From Gemmatimonadota bacterium (GTDB taxonomy: Bacteria > Gemmatimonadota > Gemmatimonadetes > Palauibacterales > KS3-K002): 37,887 nucleotides of DNA. The translations under genes were made by a program, and so were the position numbers. The stretch's first letter is position 1; the number at the start of each line of letters is the position of its first letter. The notes beneath the pieces are model-generated. The model had not been told where the DNA came from and did no database searches. It saw only the letters and a list, made by a program, of their open reading frames with translations. Shown piece after piece: positions 1-7,841 of the stretch. Where the stretch lies: NCBI GenBank assembly GCA_039588155.1, contig JBDHAI010000001.1, forward strand, positions 1 to 37,887. The letters run 5' to 3'.

Positions 1-731
1 ACCAGCGCGTCCCGTTCACGCAGCGTGGACAGCGCGTCGTCGATTTGCTCGCGCAGCAGACGATCCTCGACCTCGCTCACGGCTGTGCTCGCCTGCTCGC
101 CGACGAACCGCTCGACCAGAGTGCTGTCCTCGCTGTCCCCTATAGGCGCGTCGAGCCGCACTTCGCCGGCGTTCAACGCCTCGAGCATTTCCACCGTCGC
201 CGGGTTCATATCGAGCCTGCGAGCAATCTCCTCACTCGTCGGCTCGCGGTCCAGGTCGACTTTCAGCGACTGCCGGGCTTTGAGGATCTTCGAGAGCTCG
301 GCGGCACGGTTCAGAGGAACGCGTACCGAGCGACCATGATGAGCCAGCGCCGACAGGATGGCCTGGCGGATCCACCAAACGGCATAGCTGATGAACTTCA
401 CGCCCTGGTCGGGATCGAACTTGATGGCCGCGGTCACCAGGCCGAGGTTGCCCTGCTGAATGAGGTCGCTCAACGGAAGCCCGCGACCCTGGTACTTCTT
501 CGCCACCGAGATGACGAAGCGCAGGTTGGCCTTGCAGAGGGCTTGGATCGCGTCCGTGTCACCCTTCTGAGCCTTCCGGGCCAGCCGGATCTCCTCCGCG
601 GGCGTGATGAGCTCGTGCTGGCTGACATCCTGCAGGTACTGGTCGAGAGCAGAATCGTCCCCCGCCACCCGGCTCTTCAGTGCCTGGCTAGCCAACCGCT
701 TCGCCTTGGCTGTTTCTCGATCCATGATCAT
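1..731 (-). CDS. RNA polymerase sigma-70 family factor (RpoD/SigA-like), N-terminal about 243 codons only; the C-terminus (region 4) runs off the left edge
   Basis: Absent from the ORF track because it has no stop in the window. My translation of the reverse strand from ATG 731..729 gives MIMDRETAKAKRLASQALKSRVAGDDSALDQYLQDVSQHELITPAEEIRLARKAQKGD...ANLRFVISVAKKYQGRGLPLSDLIQQGNLGLVTAAIKFDPDQGVKFISYAVWWIRQAI...RVPLNRAAELSKI, covering sigma regions 1.2, 2 and 3. Plus-strand ORFs 25..339 and 45..821 are its antisense shadow. An alternative start is ATG 725. Confidence 0.9.
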   Translation of the reverse strand, partial: MIMDRETAKAKRLASQALKSRVAGDDSALDQYLQDVSQHELITPAEEIRLARKAQKGDTDAIQALCKANLRFVISVAKKYQGRGLPLSDLIQQGNLGLVTAAIKFDPDQGVKFISYAVWWIRQAILSALAHHGRSVRVPLNRAAELSKILKARQSLKVDLDREPTSEEIARRLDMNPATVEMLEALNAGEVRLDAPIGDSEDSTLVERFVGEQASTAVSEVEDRLLREQIDDALSTLRERDAL

Positions 732-780
732 CAGGGCCTATCCCCTAACTGTCTTCCCAATCGATTCACACTCTCGGGTC

Positions 781-818
781 AAACTAAAGCCCGGCTGAGA
801 ACCGAAGGTTCCGCCGGG
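781..818 (-). terminator. Possible intrinsic terminator of the ABC-2 operon, or a leader hairpin of the sigma gene
   Basis: The reverse strand reads CCCGGC-g-GAACC-ttc-GGTTC-tca-GCCGGG followed by CTTTAGTTT. It lies about 180 nt downstream of the permease stop (1000) and about 50 nt upstream of the sigma start (731), so its role is ambiguous. Confidence 0.35.
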
Positions 819-999
819 TGAGCCCTACTGGGCGGCAATACGCCCGTCCCAGCCCAGCGCCCGACGGCAGGTTTAAACACCTATGTAGCCAAGAAGTTCA
901 AACGGACCCAGGGGTGGGCAACCATGGAATATAGGGCCCACAGGCCGCTTGTCAACGACGGGTTCCGCCGCCGGTCTTACTGTACCCGGCATGGCGTAT

Positions 1000-2037
1000 C
1001 TAGTTCCAGCGGAAGATCTTGAGGGCCACAAGGAAACCTATAATCCCCCAGGCCGCGACGATGGAGAGCCGGCCGAGGTTGGCGGTCAAGGGAGCGCCAT
1101 CGGTCATCACGGCGCGGAGCGCGTCGAGGAGTGGGGTGAGGGGCAGGGCCTTGATGGCTGGCTGGAGCGCGTCTGGGAAGCGGGCGTAGGAGAAGAAGAC
1201 ACCCGAAAAGATCCACATGGGCATCATGACAACGTTCATAATGCCGGAAACGCCCTCGACGGTGCGAGCGCGACTGGCGGTGAGCATACCCAGTCCCGCG
1301 AAGGCGAGGGCTCCGACCACCGAAACGACGAGGAGGTCGAGGATGGAGCCGTAGACCCGGACATCGAAGACCAGCCAGCCAAAACCGATCAAGGCGGCGA
1401 CTTCGAGGACCATGAAGACGAACCGAGAGAGGATGTAGGAGAGCAGGTATTCGCTTTTGCGCATCGGCGTGGCGAGTAGGCGCTTGAGCAGCTTCCTTCG
1501 TCGTGCCTGAACGATGTTGAAGCCGATGCCCCACATGCCGCTTCCCATGAGGTTCAGGCCCAGCAATCCGGGGATGAGGAAGTCGATGTAGCGCGAGCCA
1601 GGTTCGGTCAGGTGCTGTTCGCCGACGGGCACGGGGTCGGTGCGGCCGCGGCTACGCTGCACGGCGTCGTCGACCGTCCGGCGCGCCAGTTGGCTTTCGC
1701 TGCGGCTCGGGTCGAAAACGTAAGTGAGGGAGTCGCCGGGGACGACGACGACGGCGATTTTGCCGGTGCGCAGTTCATTCCGTGCGGTTTCGGGCTGCAG
1801 TACGCGGGCGTCGAGGTCGGGGAAGCTATCGAGTGTCGCCGCCAGCGCCGTGGCGCCGTTGCCTTGCTCGACGGCGATGCGCAGCGATTCCGCCGGGCGA
1901 TTGCGAAACGCGATACCGAGGCCCAAGGCCATCAGCACGGGGAACACGAAGACCCAGAAAATTGCTTCGGGCTCGCGGATGAACTCCATGACGCGGGCAC
2001 GAGTCAGCTGCAGGAGGGGGTTGGAGTACTTAATCAT
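1000..2037 (-). CDS. ABC-2 type exporter permease
   Basis: 345-aa track ORF. It has one N-terminal TM helix, a long extracytoplasmic loop, then a block of about 5 hydrophobic helices, which is the typical ABC-2/NatB/DrrB layout. Its ATG overlaps the upstream ATPase stop by 8 nt. Confidence 0.8.
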   Translation of the reverse strand: MIKYSNPLLQLTRARVMEFIREPEAIFWVFVFPVLMALGLGIAFRNRPAESLRIAVEQGNGATALAATLDSFPDLDARVLQPETARNELRTGKIAVVVVPGDSLTYVFDPSRSESQLARRTVDDAVQRSRGRTDPVPVGEQHLTEPGSRYIDFLIPGLLGLNLMGSGMWGIGFNIVQARRRKLLKRLLATPMRKSEYLLSYILSRFVFMVLEVAALIGFGWLVFDVRVYGSILDLLVVSVVGALAFAGLGMLTASRARTVEGVSGIMNVVMMPMWIFSGVFFSYARFPDALQPAIKALPLTPLLDALRAVMTDGAPLTANLGRLSIVAAWGIIGFLVALKIFRWN

Positions 2038-2968
2038 CTCTCAGGTGCCGACCCGTGAGCGATACGAACACATCCTCGAGCGTAGCGTGGTGAGTCGTGA
2101 GATTGGAGAGGACGACCCGCTGCTCCTTTAGGGCTGTGAGCAAAGCGGGCACCGTCCTGTGCAGCTCGCTTACCGTAAGGAAGATGCCGTTCCTTTCGCG
2201 TCGCACGTCCTGCACGCCTGAGACTTCGGCCAGCCACCCATCGATCGCAGGGTCGTCGTTCTCGACAGCGATCTCTACCACATGCTCGGCTCCCAGGGCG
2301 GCGATCAGCTCGCTGGGGCTACCCAACGCGATCACACGCCCGTGGTCCACCACTGCGACACGATCGCAAAGCCGGTGAGCCTCTTCCATGTAGTGGGTCG
2401 TGAGAACGACCGTGCCGCCCCGGGTCTTGAAATCGTGGACGAGGTCCCAGAGCTGCCGGCGAGATTGGGGGTCGAGTCCCGTGGTCGGCTCATCGAGAAA
2501 GAGGAGCTCTGGGTGGCAGATCAGCGCACAAGCGACCGCCAGCCGCTGCTGCTGGCCACCGGACAACCGCGACACCCACGACTTTCTCTTCTCCTCCAGC
2601 CCTACGATCCGCATGACGTCGTCCGGGCTGGGTCCTTGATCATAGAAGCTACGGAAAAGCTGTAGCGTCTCTTCCACTGTGAGCTTTTCGGCCAGCTGCG
2701 TTTCCTGGAGCTGGACGCCCAGGCGCTGCCTCAGGGCCCGATCGTCCGTACCCCAATTCATCCCGAGCACTTCCAGCTGGCCGGCATCGGGTTGAAGCAG
2801 GCCCTCGAGGATCTCCACCGTCGTCGTCTTGCCGGCGCCGTTCGGTCCAAGGAGCCCGAAGCACTCGCCGACCTGGACCTCCAGGTCGAGTCCGTCGACG
2901 GCGACCACATCGCCGTAGCTCTTTCTCAGTCCCTGACAGCGGACCGCGACCTGGAGTGCGCCATTCAT
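2030..2968 (-). CDS. ABC transporter ATP-binding protein (ABC-2/DrrA-NatA type)
   Basis: Walker A GPNGAGKTT, signature LSGGQQQRL, Walker B LLFLDEPTTGLD and H-loop TTHYMEE are all present in the 312-aa ORF. Confidence 0.95.
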   Translation of the reverse strand: MNGALQVAVRCQGLRKSYGDVVAVDGLDLEVQVGECFGLLGPNGAGKTTTVEILEGLLQPDAGQLEVLGMNWGTDDRALRQRLGVQLQETQLAEKLTVEETLQLFRSFYDQGPSPDDVMRIVGLEEKRKSWVSRLSGGQQQRLAVACALICHPELLFLDEPTTGLDPQSRRQLWDLVHDFKTRGGTVVLTTHYMEEAHRLCDRVAVVDHGRVIALGSPSELIAALGAEHVVEIAVENDDPAIDGWLAEVSGVQDVRRERNGIFLTVSELHRTVPALLTALKEQRVVLSNLTTHHATLEDVFVSLTGRHLRDD

Positions 2969-3020
2969 CGATCGGGTGGCCGGTCCTCTTTAGCGTTGTG
3001 CCGCCTGCGCGGCGCTGCCG

Positions 3021-3518
3021 CTACTGGTCTATGCCGAGTAGCTCCACGTCAAAGAGCAGTGTCGAGCTTGGCGGGATTACCGGAGGGCGACCCGCGGCTC
3101 CGTAGGCGATGTCCGGTGGAAGAATGATCCGCCATTTGTCGCCGACTCGCATCATGCCGAGCGCTTCGTCCCAACCCGCAATCACGCGACCGGTTCCTAC
3201 CGGGAAGCTGATCGGCTCATTGCGATCGACCGAGCTATCGAATTTGCTGCCGTCGGTCAGCCAGCCGGTGTAGTGGACGTTGACGACCTTGCCCGCTTCC
3301 GTTTGCGGGCCGTCTCCGGACTGGATGACGATGTACTGAAGGCCGCTGGCCGTGGTGACCGTATCTCCCATGACCGGCGGCGGACCTCCGGGTTGACTCA
3401 TGCTGGGCTCCTCTGCAGCCATAGCAGCTGCCTCTTCGGTCTGTTCCATCTCCCGGTCGGAAGAACAAGCTGCAGCGATAAAGAGAACCGGGATTACGAG
3501 AATCAGTCGTTGAAACAC
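3021..3518 (-). CDS. FKBP-type peptidyl-prolyl cis-trans isomerase, probable lipoprotein
   Basis: The C-terminal FKBP domain reads VNVHYTGWLTDGSKFDSSVDRNEPISFPVGTGRVIAGWDEALGMMRVGDKWRIILPPDIAYG...LLFDVELLGI. I moved the start from track ATG 3593 to in-frame GTG 3518, which is preceded by AAGGAG with a 6-nt spacer. This gives a signal/lipobox VFQRLILVIPVLFIAAAC. Confidence 0.9.
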   Translation of the reverse strand: MFQRLILVIPVLFIAAACSSDREMEQTEEAAAMAAEEPSMSQPGGPPPVMGDTVTTASGLQYIVIQSGDGPQTEAGKVVNVHYTGWLTDGSKFDSSVDRNEPISFPVGTGRVIAGWDEALGMMRVGDKWRIILPPDIAYGAAGRPPVIPPSSTLLFDVELLGIDQ

Positions 3519-3733
3519 GTCGTGCTCCTTCGCAGCGGGTGAGGGCGCAAGTGAACGGCACTGTTGTACGGTCCCAGGTGCGCCCCCGAACATCGGTGAC
3601 GGGCGACGGTGCGGAGACTATCGCAGCCTTGGTGCTACCGCAACCGGGGCTCAACTTGACCCGTCGTATAGAATGCCGTCGATTAAAGCGCAACAAGCCG
3701 AGGAGCGAGAACGGATAGCAGGAGACATAGATA

Positions 3734-5905
3734 ATGAGCTTGTCGACAGCGGTATTGTCGGCCTGGGTGGCGGTGGCGGCGGGGCTCGGGAGCGGACTTT
3801 CGCAAGATGAAGAGGATCTCGGTTGGCCGCGCGAGTTCCGACATTCCGGGCGACTGATCGTCGTCTACCAACCCCAGCCCGAGACCTTCGAAGGTGATGT
3901 AATCACGGGCCGCTCGGCGGTCTCGGCGACGTTGGAGGGCCAGACTGAACCCATCTTTGGTGCGTTCTGGTTCGAGGCCTTCGTTGAGACGGATCGCGAG
4001 AACCGCCTGGTGGCGGTGGTGAACGTGGACATTCCCAGGGTCCGCTTCCCCGATGCCACCGAGGAACAGCAGCGAGAGGCGGCTGAGATTCTCGAGCTCG
4101 AGATTTCAACCTGGGACCTGGTGATTGATCTGGACCGATTACTGACGAGTTTGGAGGCGGCGGACAGAGAGCGGCTTGCGTCCGAGGGTCTCGCGACGGA
4201 TCCACCGATGGTCATTGTGACCAGCGAGCCTTCGCTTCTGGTGATGCTCGATGGTAAGGCAGTGCTGCACGACGTTGAGGGTACCGAGCTCCAGCGGGTC
4301 GCGAACACACCGTTCTCGATCATCTATGACCGGTCTGCGAACCTCTATTACCTCTATGCCGGGGAGGATGTCTGGTTTGCGACGAACGATTTGCTGGGGC
4401 GTTGGGAGATCTCGGAGGACACGCCGGAACATGTGGTCGCGCTCATCCCTCCCGAGGTGGAAGGGGAAGACGTTGAGGGCGAGGCTGAGCAGAGCGATGT
4501 GGATATCGAGAATCTGCAGATTGTCGTGGCCACCGAGCCGACGGAGCTGATCATCGTCGATGGACCGCCCAAGTACGCATCGATCGAGGGAACGGATCTG
4601 CTTTACGTGAGCAACAGCGAGAGCGACGTGTTCCTGGATATCGCGACACAGGAGTTCTTCATCGTTCTCTCCGGCCGCTGGTACAAGAGCGCGAGCCTGG
4701 ATGGTCCTTGGAGCTTCTTGCCGTCAGACTCGCTGCCGGGTGATTTCACGCGCATTCCACCTGAATCGGCGCGAGGAAGCGTGTTGTTCTACGTTGCGGG
4801 AACCGATCAGGCGAGGGATGCCGTGCTCGATAACTCGATCCCCCAGACGTCCGCAGTCAAGCGCGATGGGACGCTCGAGGTGACCTACGATGGCGAGCCG
4901 AAGTTCGAGCCGATCGAGGGCACCGAGATGAGCTACGCGGTGAACACGGAGTTCCAGGTACTCGAGATCGGCGGGAGGTACTACGTCTGCCACGAGGCCG
5001 TCTGGTACGAGTCGGACAGCGCGGTTGGCCGTTTCGAGGTGTCGGTGCAGGTGCCGGACCAGGTTCAGGAGATCCCTCCCGAGAACCCGAACTACAACGT
5101 CAAGTACGTCTACGTGTACGATTCGACGCCCGACGTGGTCTACGTGGGCTACACTCCCGGCTATGCGTGGAGCTTCATCTACGGGCCGACGATCGTCTAT
5201 GGGACCGGGTGGTGGTACCGGCCTTGGGTCAGCCCCTTCTTCTTCTACCCGCGGCCCATGACCTGGGGCTTTCACGTGGCCTACAACCCGTGGTTCGGCT
5301 GGAGCTTCGGCTTTGGCTTCGGATACGGCCCGTTCCACTTCGGCTTCTGGGGCCCTTCGCCCTGGCACCGTCGCGGCTGGTGGGGCCCGGCGGGAATGCG
5401 TCACGGATATCATCGCGGCTTTCACCGCGGCTATTCCAGCGGCTTCCGGCAAGGTTTCCGTGCCGGTTATGCTGCGGGCCAACGCCAATCCAACATCTAC
5501 AACCGTCAGCGAAACGCGTCGCGGAACGTCGACCGGGCGAGCGCGCGGGCGCAAATGCCGAACCGTACCGGAGCTGCGGGGGGAGCGCGCTCCCAAGCGG
5601 CGCGTGGGGGTCAGGTGCAGGGAGGGCAGCGGGCTCAGGTCTCGCCTGACCGTCCGAACAACGTGTACGCCGACCGTAACGGCGACGTACATCGCCGCAA
5701 CTCGGATGGAAGCTGGCAGCAGCGCGATCGCAGTGGCTGGAGTTCGAGCGGCCAGGCACGTGATCCGAATCAACAGGCGTCGAGCAGCGATCGATCGAAC
5801 CTCAACCGCGACCACCAAGCCCGGCAACGTGGCGCGCAGCGCAGCCAGAGCTACTCGACGAGTCGGCCTTCGGGCGGTGCGGGGAGCCGCGGCCGCCGTC
5901 GCTAA
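3734..5905 (+). CDS. Secreted hypothetical protein: signal peptide, three roughly 75-95 aa repeats, aromatic/Gly-rich segment, R/Q/S/N/G-rich disordered tail
   Basis: 723-aa ORF with AGGAG 11 nt upstream and N-terminal hydrophobic MSLSTAVLSAWVAVAAGLGSG. The three repeats end LYYLYAGEDVWFATNDLLGRWEIS..ALIPPE, FFIVLSGRWYKSASLDGPWSFL..TRIPPE and YYVCHEAVWYESDSAVGRFEVS..QEIPPE. They are followed by GWWYRPWVSPFFFYPRPMTWGFHVAYNPWFGWSFGFGFGYGPFHFGFWGPSPWHRRGWWGP and a roughly 190-aa polar tail. Confidence 0.75.
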   Translation: MSLSTAVLSAWVAVAAGLGSGLSQDEEDLGWPREFRHSGRLIVVYQPQPETFEGDVITGRSAVSATLEGQTEPIFGAFWFEAFVETDRENRLVAVVNVDIPRVRFPDATEEQQREAAEILELEISTWDLVIDLDRLLTSLEAADRERLASEGLATDPPMVIVTSEPSLLVMLDGKAVLHDVEGTELQRVANTPFSIIYDRSANLYYLYAGEDVWFATNDLLGRWEISEDTPEHVVALIPPEVEGEDVEGEAEQSDVDIENLQIVVATEPTELIIVDGPPKYASIEGTDLLYVSNSESDVFLDIATQEFFIVLSGRWYKSASLDGPWSFLPSDSLPGDFTRIPPESARGSVLFYVAGTDQARDAVLDNSIPQTSAVKRDGTLEVTYDGEPKFEPIEGTEMSYAVNTEFQVLEIGGRYYVCHEAVWYESDSAVGRFEVSVQVPDQVQEIPPENPNYNVKYVYVYDSTPDVVYVGYTPGYAWSFIYGPTIVYGTGWWYRPWVSPFFFYPRPMTWGFHVAYNPWFGWSFGFGFGYGPFHFGFWGPSPWHRRGWWGPAGMRHGYHRGFHRGYSSGFRQGFRAGYAAGQRQSNIYNRQRNASRNVDRASARAQMPNRTGAAGGARSQAARGGQVQGGQRAQVSPDRPNNVYADRNGDVHRRNSDGSWQQRDRSGWSSSGQARDPNQQASSSDRSNLNRDHQARQRGAQRSQSYSTSRPSGGAGSRGRRR

Positions 5906-5986
5906 TCGAGTCCCGCCGGCGCTATTGCCGGGAGCACCTCGGTGCAGGTCGTACACGCGTCGCGCAAGCCGGCGATGCGCGTGCGC

Positions 5987-6934
5987 TCACCCTTCCTGTC
6001 TGATGCCCGCGGTGTTGGTGCAGATGGCGCCGTTTAGCCAGCATGTGTAGCAGGCGCGGTGGCTCAGCGCGAAGGGCCGGGCGGCCTCGGCAAGCGAGCT
6101 GCCCAGGCGCGCGTCGGGGGAGTCGATGAGGATGGGGCAGACGTAGACGCCGCGGTTGGTGACGACTCGGCCGCTAGAGCACAGGAGCTGGCTCCCATGG
6201 TAGCCGGCCATCTTGGCGGAGTTCACGGTCTCCGCCTCGGAGTAGCCGCGGGAGCGTAGCGCCTCGCGGCCGAGGTGAATGTCTGGGAGGATCTTGATTC
6301 GGGGCCGGTCGTAACCGACCTTACGGAGAGCCTCGACGAATTCTCGGTAGACCCGCTCATCCTCGTGTGCGCACCACATCTGAGCGGCTGTGATGATGGG
6401 CCGGAAGCCGTGCTTGACCAGACGGCCGACGCCCTGCATGGCGCGCTCGAACATTCCCTCTCCGCGGATAGGGTCGTTGGTTTGCGGCGATGGGCCGTCC
6501 AAGCTGACCCGAAGTTCCAGCGAGTAGCGGGAAGCGGCGGCGATTTCGGCAAGTCGGCGCACGGTCTTCTCGGTTAAGAGAGTGCCGTTGGTCAGGACGC
6601 TGGCGGGACCTATGCGCAGGGTAGCCTCAAGTATCGCGAGCAGATCCCTGTGCATGAACGGCTCGCCGCCGGTGAAGTAATACTCCTTGACGCCCCAGGA
6701 CCGTGAATGTTCGAGGTAGTCGAGCACGAGCTCGAGATCGAGGAACCAGAAATCGTGGTTCTCGGGGCCGCAAGAGATGAAGCAGTGGGTGCACCGCAAG
6801 TTGCAGACGGTGCCGGCGACCTGGAACCACAGGCAATCCAGGCTGTCCAGGGGCACCAGGGGGGCGGGTTCGTTGAGGGCGACGGCCCCAGGGGTTGCCC
6901 CAGCGGGTACGGTGTTCAAGTTGTTGTCGGCCAT
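5987..6934 (-). CDS. Radical SAM enzyme with C-terminal Cys-rich (SPASM/twitch-like) region
   Basis: Motifs CNLRCTHCF (CxxxCxxC) and FTGGEPF, plus C-terminal cysteines LLCSSGRVVTNRGVYVCP and HRACYTCWLNGAIC. The track ORF extends to 7081. I prefer Met50 (ATG 6934, MADNNLN...) because the longer form would overlap the divergent PP2C start. The start remains uncertain because there is no clear SD. Confidence 0.8.
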   Translation of the reverse strand: MADNNLNTVPAGATPGAVALNEPAPLVPLDSLDCLWFQVAGTVCNLRCTHCFISCGPENHDFWFLDLELVLDYLEHSRSWGVKEYYFTGGEPFMHRDLLAILEATLRIGPASVLTNGTLLTEKTVRRLAEIAAASRYSLELRVSLDGPSPQTNDPIRGEGMFERAMQGVGRLVKHGFRPIITAAQMWCAHEDERVYREFVEALRKVGYDRPRIKILPDIHLGREALRSRGYSEAETVNSAKMAGYHGSQLLCSSGRVVTNRGVYVCPILIDSPDARLGSSLAEAARPFALSHRACYTCWLNGAICTNTAGIRQEG

Positions 6935-7080
6935 GTCTGGAGACACAACCTGTCTTGGAAAGCTGGGGTTCCGCAAGTTGGCCGCCGCGGGCCTCGAGGC
7001 CGGGTGCGGGCCCCGCATTGATAAGCGGGTGCCTCTGTGTGTAGTTTGTGGCCCCTCGAGCGTAGATGGGCGGAGGTCCA

Positions 7081-7821
7081 ATGAAGTGGGTATACGCGGG
7101 CAAAAGCGACGTCGGTAAGGTCAGGCAAGGCAACGAGGATTCGCTCTTCACTGACGCGGAGCGGGGTGTGTTCATCGTGGCCGACGGCATGGGCGGTCAT
7201 GTCGCGGGTGAGGTTGCCAGCCAGATCGTGGCCGAGACAGTCGGCTCGGGGGCTAGCCGCGCAACGGACGAAGGTCTGCGGGGCGCTGAGCTCGAGAAGC
7301 GAGTGCTCGAGCTGATCGCCGAGGCAAACCGAGCGATCATCGAGCGAGCCGAGTGCGAGCCTGACAAGCGGGGTATGGGCACGACGCTGACATTGCTCAT
7401 GCTGGAGCCCGAATCCACTTACCTGATGACTCAAGTAGGAGATAGCCGCGGATACCTGGCGCGGAACGGAGAACTGACGCAGATCACCTGCGATCACACG
7501 GTGGTGCAGCAGCAGGTCGACCGGGGCGCTCTGACGCCCGAGCAGGCTCGGGACCACCCGCTTTCACATATCCTGACCCGTGCACTTGGTACCGAGAGCG
7601 CGGTACAGGCGGACACGTACAGCGATTCCACTCAGGTCGGAGATGTTTTCCTTCTCTGCTCGGACGGGCTGAGTGGTATGCTCACGGATGAAGCGATACT
7701 TGACATTCTTGCCTCCCCCACCGCTGACCTTCAGGCAATGGCCGACGCGCTGATCGCCGATGCCAACGATGCTGGTGGCCTCGACAACATCACCGCCGTC
7801 GTCGTCAAGGTGACGGAGTAG
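7081..7821 (+). CDS. PP2C-family Ser/Thr protein phosphatase (Stp/PrpC-like)
   Basis: Motifs GKVRQGNEDS, ADGMGGHVAGEVAS, GTTLT, VGDSRGYL, LCSDGL and GGLDNITAVVVKV. The start is moved to ATG 7081, which has GGAGG 5 nt upstream; the track start is 7066. Confidence 0.9.
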   Translation: MKWVYAGKSDVGKVRQGNEDSLFTDAERGVFIVADGMGGHVAGEVASQIVAETVGSGASRATDEGLRGAELEKRVLELIAEANRAIIERAECEPDKRGMGTTLTLLMLEPESTYLMTQVGDSRGYLARNGELTQITCDHTVVQQQVDRGALTPEQARDHPLSHILTRALGTESAVQADTYSDSTQVGDVFLLCSDGLSGMLTDEAILDILASPTADLQAMADALIADANDAGGLDNITAVVVKVTE

Positions 7822-7841
7822 TAGGACGCGCCTTTACGCGC

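Noticed and set aside
25-821. Plus-strand ORFs 25..339, 45..821 and 604..798
   Set aside because: They are antisense shadows of the sigma-70 gene. Their translations are Arg/Leu/Ala/Ser-rich with no motifs, whereas the opposite strand gives textbook sigma regions 1.2 to 3.
3656-3674. TTGACC ... TATAGAAT promoter-like hexamers upstream of the 723-aa gene
   Set aside because: The spacer between the two hexamers is only about 7 nt, and no acceptable -35 lies 16-18 nt upstream of TAGAAT. This is not enough to call a promoter.
5250-5900. Repetitive-looking nucleotide stretch (ggcttcgg/ggctgg units, CGN-rich) considered as a tandem repeat or CRISPR-like array
   Set aside because: There are no regularly spaced identical repeats. 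The periodicity reflects low-complexity Gly/Phe/Trp and Arg/Gln/Ser coding within a continuous ORF.
4724-5956. 410-aa minus-strand ORF inside the 723-aa gene, plus other nested ORFs between 3865 and 6050
   Set aside because: Its Arg/Ala/Pro/Val-rich composition is typical of off-frame or antisense reading of GC-rich coding DNA. It has no start context, and the plus-strand frame has repeats and a signal peptide.
6935-7081. Longer start (7081) for the radical SAM gene
   Set aside because: It would add 49 Arg/Pro/Thr-rich residues and completely overlap the divergent PP2C promoter and start region. I kept Met50 as the start but flagged it as uncertain.
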